Below are positions 63,317 through 64,000 of a stretch of 64,000 nt of DNA, piece after piece. Origin of the DNA: an uncultured Actinomycetota bacterium (GTDB lineage Bacteria; Actinomycetota; Actinomycetes; JACCUZ01). The DNA lies in contig CAVVSW010000005.1 in the NCBI GenBank assembly GCA_963751035.1, positions 1,072,425 to 1,136,424 on the forward strand, written 5' to 3'. Every line of letters begins with the position of its first letter. Within the stretch, counting starts at the first letter, position 1. The translations under genes were made by a program, and so were the position numbers. The notes under the pieces are model-generated. The model searched no databases. It was not told the origin of the DNA and saw only the letters and a list, made by a program, of their open reading frames with translations.

Positions 63317-64000
63317 TTAGACGGCCACGGGGAGGCAGTCGGCGTCTTCGACATCATCGCGGCCGAGAGCGTCGAGCTCGGCGCAGTCAGCGGGGATCTC
63401 GTCCACTCCGAAGGGGAGTGGCTCGGCTGCCTCGGCGTCGACGCGTCGGCGTGCCGCCAGCCGCCCGGCGGCGTGGTGCCCCACCAGGACCACCGCGGCG
63501 CCGGCGACGGCGTCGAGCAGGTAGTGGTTCGCGGTCGCCATCACGACCAGGGTGATCAGCGCGGGGTAGGTCCAGGCCCACCGGCGCAGCAGCCTGCTGC
63601 TCGTGTTGGCCCGTACCTGGAGCGCACACCACAGCGCCCAGCCGACATGCAGCGACGGCAGCGCGGCGTACTGGTTGCTCAGGCCCTCCATGCCACGGGG
63701 GGCGCTCGCGGCCTCGCCCCACCAGCCCCAGTCGCTGAAGACAGCCATCGTGTCGAGGAAGGCAGCGGCGTCGAGCAGGCGGGGAGGGGCGGTGGGGAAC
63801 AGCCAGAAGCCGACCAGGCCCAGGGCGGTGGCGAACAGCAGCGCGTTGCGGCCGCGGCGGTAGCCCTCGCGGTGCCGCACGGCGAGCCAGACCAGGACAA
63901 TCGGGGTCACGAGGTAGTGCAGGCTCGCGTAGACGTAGTCCGCGAGAACGGCGAGCAGGGGTACGGCGTGGACCGCCGAGTTGAGCGGGCGCTCGATGTC
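63317..64000 (-). CDS. PAP2-superfamily membrane phosphatase/phosphotransferase (5' part beyond window end)
   Basis: The protein reads …AALPSLHVGWALWCALQ…MATANHYLLDAVAGAAVVL, which carries the PAP2 motifs (PSLH, SGH-like, H…D). The ORF runs off the 3' end of the window on the minus strand. Confidence 0.6.
   Translation of the reverse strand, partial: DIERPLNSAVHAVPLLAVLADYVYASLHYLVTPIVLVWLAVRHREGYRRGRNALLFATALGLVGFWLFPTAPPRLLDAAAFLDTMAVFSDWGWWGEAASAPRGMEGLSNQYAALPSLHVGWALWCALQVRANTSSRLLRRWAWTYPALITLVVMATANHYLLDAVAGAAVVLVGHHAAGRLAARRRVDAEAAEPLPFGVDEIPADCAELDALGRDDVEDADCLPVAV

Overview
This 64-kb window is a high-GC (about 70-73%) actinobacterial chromosomal segment. The gene content resembles Nocardioides/Propionibacteriales, but that is inferred from content only. 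I can support about 60 protein-coding genes on both strands. I found no rRNA, tRNA, CRISPR array, transposase or integrase.

Recognisable blocks, in order along the window:
- sufC-sufS-sufU-DUF59 (Fe-S cluster assembly)
- a LuxR-type regulator
- a four-gene ABC-2 exporter (two ATPases, two permeases)
- an ABC-F protein
- a fatty-acid beta-oxidation pair (enoyl-CoA hydratase, acyl-CoA dehydrogenase)
- an MsbA-like ABC exporter
- prpE (propionyl-CoA synthetase), an SDR, a sirtuin and an LD-carboxypeptidase
- a GH15 hydrolase, SURF1 and moaA
- a small lower-GC islet with a secreted protein and two endolysin-like zinc peptidases (M15 and M23, each with a peptidoglycan-binding domain)
- tldE and tldD
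- fabG1-inhA
- a cyanophycin locus (cphB-cphA plus a second, unusual cphA-like gene)
- sixA, an M28 peptidase, a CapA-family protein, serB, and divergent glgC/glgA
- NfeD and an SPFH/stomatin protein
- a convergent histidine kinase / response regulator pair
- a large GGDEF-EAL sensor, TrmH, a PHM-like copper monooxygenase lipoprotein, and several dehydrogenases

Many otherwise well-conserved housekeeping genes are split across two to four reading frames (sufS, serB, glgC, glgA, the CapA-family gene, surf1, tldE and others). In contrast, several very long ORFs are intact: cphA at 921 aa, GGDEF-EAL at 917 aa, and the histidine kinase at 749 aa. I read the disruptions as sequencing or assembly indels rather than true gene decay, and call the disrupted genes pseudogenes only in the sense that the frame is broken in this sequence.

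The most interesting feature is the cyanophycin locus. An intact cyanophycinase-cyanophycin synthetase operon (cphB-cphA) lies close to a second CphA-like gene. That paralogue fuses a CphA N-domain directly to a catalytically complete-looking Mur-ligase (M) domain and lacks the ATP-grasp (G) domain entirely. It sits immediately downstream of fabG1-inhA.
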